Positions 60,895 to 64,000 of a stretch of DNA of 64,000 nt are shown here, one piece after another (positions within the stretch are counted from its first letter, which is position 1; every line of letters begins with the position of its first letter). A program made the translations under genes and the position numbers. The stretch lies in assembly GCA_964637135.1 (NCBI GenBank), contig CAZWTX010000011.1, positions 4,297 to 68,296 on the forward strand, given 5' to 3'. The stretch is from an uncultured Methanospirillum sp. Its GTDB lineage: Archaea; Halobacteriota; Methanomicrobia; Methanomicrobiales; Methanospirillaceae. Under the pieces are notes generated by a model. It was not told the origin of the DNA. It searched no databases and was given only the letters and a program-made list of their open reading frames with translations.

Positions 60895-61050
60895 TCTTTT
60901 TTGTATCCCGGACCTTCTGATCTGATGTTCATTTGTGTCCTAGTCTTTTTCCGTCAGAACCAAACCCGATTTGCACCAGCATCCCATATTAACGCGGGTT
61001 TTTCAACAGGTCTGGATGGGAGATCCAACCCAGGGGATACACACCTTTGG

Positions 61051-61329
61051 TCATGGTTTCCGTCTGTACCGGTAATATGCCTGCTCAATCTTGTAGATCT
61101 TACGGCTCTCCTTTTTCTCCCCGGGGTCAGGACCGGATTTAATGATGGTGAACTCTCTTTTGAGTTCTTTCACCGCCTCCTGATCCGGCCATAGTTCAAG
61201 TATGATCTTCAGGACCGGGAAGGCGGTCTGTACCATTATGTCCCGCATTTTCATGAGTGCTTCTAAAAAAGACATGGTGATCTTCTCATATCCCTCCCGG
61301 ATATGGTTGATATCTCTTTCAGAGATCAT
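61051..61329 (-). CDS. Hypothetical protein (92 aa; ORF is open upstream to 61623)
   Basis: Helical-looking MISERDINHIREGYEKI... region; start ambiguous. Confidence 0.5.
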   Translation of the reverse strand: MISERDINHIREGYEKITMSFLEALMKMRDIMVQTAFPVLKIILELWPDQEAVKELKREFTIIKSGPDPGEKKESRKIYKIEQAYYRYRRKP

Positions 61330-61737
61330 GTATCTAACCACCCCCGATTCCCAACAGACCGGCCGACCGACACCAAGGTGATCAGAAAAAAATACCCGGG
61401 AACAGCCCTGAATCCTTACATGCGGGCCGTGTCTGTCATCCCGAAGGCAATACAACCTGCGAATCCCTTTTGTATCCCGGTCCCAGAACCGGAAGTCCGT
61501 ATCTCTCCCTGGGCACTCACCCTGATCCTGATGCACCCTGCATTCAATCACCGAATCAGCCCGTTTTTTAGCCTTTTCTCCTTCCCGGTAACATGATGGA
61601 AATACAGGGGTCAGAATCACCATTCACTTGTGTTATGAACGGATCCTGCCCGGATGTCGATCATGTTTATCATTTTGGAAAACATACTTTACCTGAGTAT
61701 ATATCACGAGTTCATCCGGATACCAGGAATGATACCA

Positions 61738-62724
61738 ATGCACCCTGAAATACAATCACTCACCACCCAGGCCAAAGAATATGCTGACCAGTTGTTCCCG
61801 CTTCAGAATGCAATCCAGCAGGTGATCGTCGGACAGCAGCCGGTTGTCAGTCGGCTCATCATTTCGCTCATTGCAGACGGCCATGTCCTTCTGGAAGGAG
61901 TGCCCGGTATTGCCAAGACACTCATGATCAAGACCCTGGCACGCTGTGTCGATGCCGGGTTTGCCCGGATCCAGTTCACCCCTGACCTTCTCCCGGCTGA
62001 TATTACCGGGACAAAGATATACAACCAGCAGACCTGCTCATTCTCAACCATCACCGGTCCGGTGTTCAGCCAGTTCCTCCTTGCCGACGAGATCAACCGG
62101 GCACCACCCAAGGTCCAGTCTGCCCTGCTCGAAGCAATGCAGGAGAGACAGGTGACCATCCAGGGAGAAACGCACCCCCTCCCGGTTCCCTTCTTCGTTC
62201 TTGCCACACAGAATCCAATCGAGCATGAAGGAACCTATCCCCTCCCCGAGGCACAGATGGACCGGTTCATGTTCAAGATTCTCATGGGATACCCGTCGAA
62301 AACCGATGAGATCACGATGCTCGATCGGTTCACCGACGGGGTGGCCATCAGTCCGGAACCGGTCATCTCCGCCGATCAGATCGTCAGGATCCAGCAGTTT
62401 GTCCCGAAGATCTATGCGGACACCGAGATCAAGCAGTACGTCACTTCTCTCGTGGATGCCTCACGAAACCCGAAAAACTACGGTCTTGCCAACCGGGAGT
62501 ATATCAGTTATGGAGCCTCTCCCCGGGCAACGATCTACCTGGTCATGGGAGCCAAGGCATATGCCCTGTTGAAGGGACGGGGATATGTCATCCCCGAGGA
62601 TGTCAAAGCAATCGCACCTGATGTGCTCAGGCACCGGATCATCCTCTCCTACCAGGCAGAAGCAGATGGCGTCACCACCGATGATATCATCACGGATATC
62701 CTGAAACAGGTCCGGGTTCCCTGA
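61738..62724 (+). CDS. moxR: MoxR family AAA+ ATPase
   Basis: GHVLLEGVPGIAKT, RIQFTPDLLPADITG, ADEINRAPPKVQSALLEAMQE, ATQNPIE. Confidence 0.96.
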   Translation: MHPEIQSLTTQAKEYADQLFPLQNAIQQVIVGQQPVVSRLIISLIADGHVLLEGVPGIAKTLMIKTLARCVDAGFARIQFTPDLLPADITGTKIYNQQTCSFSTITGPVFSQFLLADEINRAPPKVQSALLEAMQERQVTIQGETHPLPVPFFVLATQNPIEHEGTYPLPEAQMDRFMFKILMGYPSKTDEITMLDRFTDGVAISPEPVISADQIVRIQQFVPKIYADTEIKQYVTSLVDASRNPKNYGLANREYISYGASPRATIYLVMGAKAYALLKGRGYVIPEDVKAIAPDVLRHRIILSYQAEADGVTTDDIITDILKQVRVP

Positions 62725-62735
62725 CGGAGGATCAG

Positions 62736-63623
62736 ATGGAGACGGGAGAAGAACCACTTGACCTGATCCGCCAGATCCGGACCGTGGATATCATTACCCG
62801 TGCCCGGGTAACCGGACAACAGGCCGGGGTCCATATCTCAATGTTCAAGGGACAGGGAATAGAATTCTCTGATCTCCGGGAATACGTCCCGGGAGATGAC
62901 ATCCGGGCAATCGACTGGAAGATAACCGCACGGTACGGCATTCCCTACATCAAGGAGTTTGCCGAGGAACGGGACCAGACGTATTACCTGGTACTGGATC
63001 TTTCCGGGTCGGGAGCATTCGGAAACCGGGTCAGCAAGTTCAGGACCATGATCCAGGTTCTCGCCAGTATCGCCTTTACCGCGGTCCGGTACCATGACCG
63101 CATCGGGCTGATCGTGGTGACTGACCAGGTAGAGAAGTTCATCCCGGCACGAAACGGGAGAAAACATGCCGTCCATATCATCCAGACGGCCCTGAACCAT
63201 GAACCGGTATCGAAGGGATCTGACCTCCGGCCGGCTCTCCATTATCTCCTTGGGCGGATACGCCGGATGGCATCGATCATCATCATCTCTGATTTCTTCG
63301 TTCCTGACTGCAGCAGGGAACTCTCCCTCCTTGCGCAGCGGCACGAGGTGATGGCGATCAGTGTGTATGACAACCGGGAAGGAGAACTTCCCGACGTCGG
63401 ACTCATCCAGCTCGAAGACGCTGAAAGCGGGGAACAGATCCTTGCAGATACCTCTGACCCGGCATTCAGGGAACGGTACAGGGACGCATTTCTCACAGCA
63501 CGGGAGACGGTCAGGGAGATGCTCCTTGGCAATCATGTCAGGTCGACACGGATATCCACCTCCGACGACTGGATACGGCCCCTGCGAAGACTGTTTGAAT
63601 CGCTGGGAGTCCTGGAGGTATAA
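62736..63623 (+). CDS. DUF58 family protein
   Basis: EFSDLREYVPGDDIRAIDWK, LDLSGS, IIISDF. Confidence 0.95.
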   Translation: METGEEPLDLIRQIRTVDIITRARVTGQQAGVHISMFKGQGIEFSDLREYVPGDDIRAIDWKITARYGIPYIKEFAEERDQTYYLVLDLSGSGAFGNRVSKFRTMIQVLASIAFTAVRYHDRIGLIVVTDQVEKFIPARNGRKHAVHIIQTALNHEPVSKGSDLRPALHYLLGRIRRMASIIIISDFFVPDCSRELSLLAQRHEVMAISVYDNREGELPDVGLIQLEDAESGEQILADTSDPAFRERYRDAFLTARETVREMLLGNHVRSTRISTSDDWIRPLRRLFESLGVLEV

Positions 63624-64000
63624 TGGCCGGCTTTTACCACCCCGAGATGCTTGCCCTGCTCCTCGTCATACCGGCGCTGTACTGGTATTACCTCCGTGAG
63701 ACGAAACGACGCCGGCAGGAAGCGATGCAGTTCTCCCATATCGGTTTTCTGAAGACCGCCCTTGCCGGGAAGAAGGGAGGGGAAAACCGGCCGAGAAACC
63801 TCTTCCTCCTCAGTCTTCTCGCACTCGGGCTTATCATCACCGGGCTTGCCGATCCCCACCTTCCCCTTGAACAAACAAAGGAAGGTGTGAGCGTCGTGCT
63901 CGTTATGGATATATCGGGCAGCATGCAGGCCACCGATTACCAGCCGACACGGCTTGAGAGTGCAAAAAAGGCAGCATCAAGCCTCCTGGCAAACCTTGAT
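63623..64000 (+). CDS. BatA-like VWA-domain protein (partial, runs off the window)
   Basis: Manual translation MAGFYHPEMLALLLVIPALYWYY...VVLVMDISGSMQATDYQPTRLESAK; MIDAS DxSxS; TAATG coupling to DUF58. Confidence 0.92.
   Translation, partial: MAGFYHPEMLALLLVIPALYWYYLRETKRRRQEAMQFSHIGFLKTALAGKKGGENRPRNLFLLSLLALGLIITGLADPHLPLEQTKEGVSVVLVMDISGSMQATDYQPTRLESAKKAASSLLANLD

Overview
Archaeal chromosome segment, most consistent with a Methanomicrobiales methanogen (Methanospirillum-like). Evidence: TBP, archaeosine genes tgtA/arcS, type A-like archaeal RNase P RNA, tRNA without encoded CCA, TATA-type promoters, PKD/CARDB surface proteins. About 50 CDS (two cut by the window edges, one 50-aa ORF missing from the ORF track), RNase P RNA and tRNA-Leu(CAG). 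No integrase, transposase, prophage or CRISPR array was seen. Most content is housekeeping: ahcY, hisF, purD, argF, Nik/Cbi ECF transporter, kup, ogg, nfnAB-like pair, lhr, moxR-DUF58-VWA. Standout observations: (1) an orphan beta-class amino-DNA methyltransferase with a C-terminal tail of five HMGA-like AT-hooks, built from a 105-bp tandem repeat; (2) two paralogous cassettes of histidine kinase, lone receiver and receiver-less CheB esterase, one abutting (3) a sensorless, TM-less 1.6k-aa chemoreceptor made mostly of near-identical 273-bp di-HAMP repeats; (4) an ABC-2 permease fused to a PrsW-type protease domain; (5) a Mini-III-like RNase III; (6) a candidate ~140-nt structured RNA upstream of the nickel/cobalt transporter. 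All calls come from reading motifs by eye; no database search was run.
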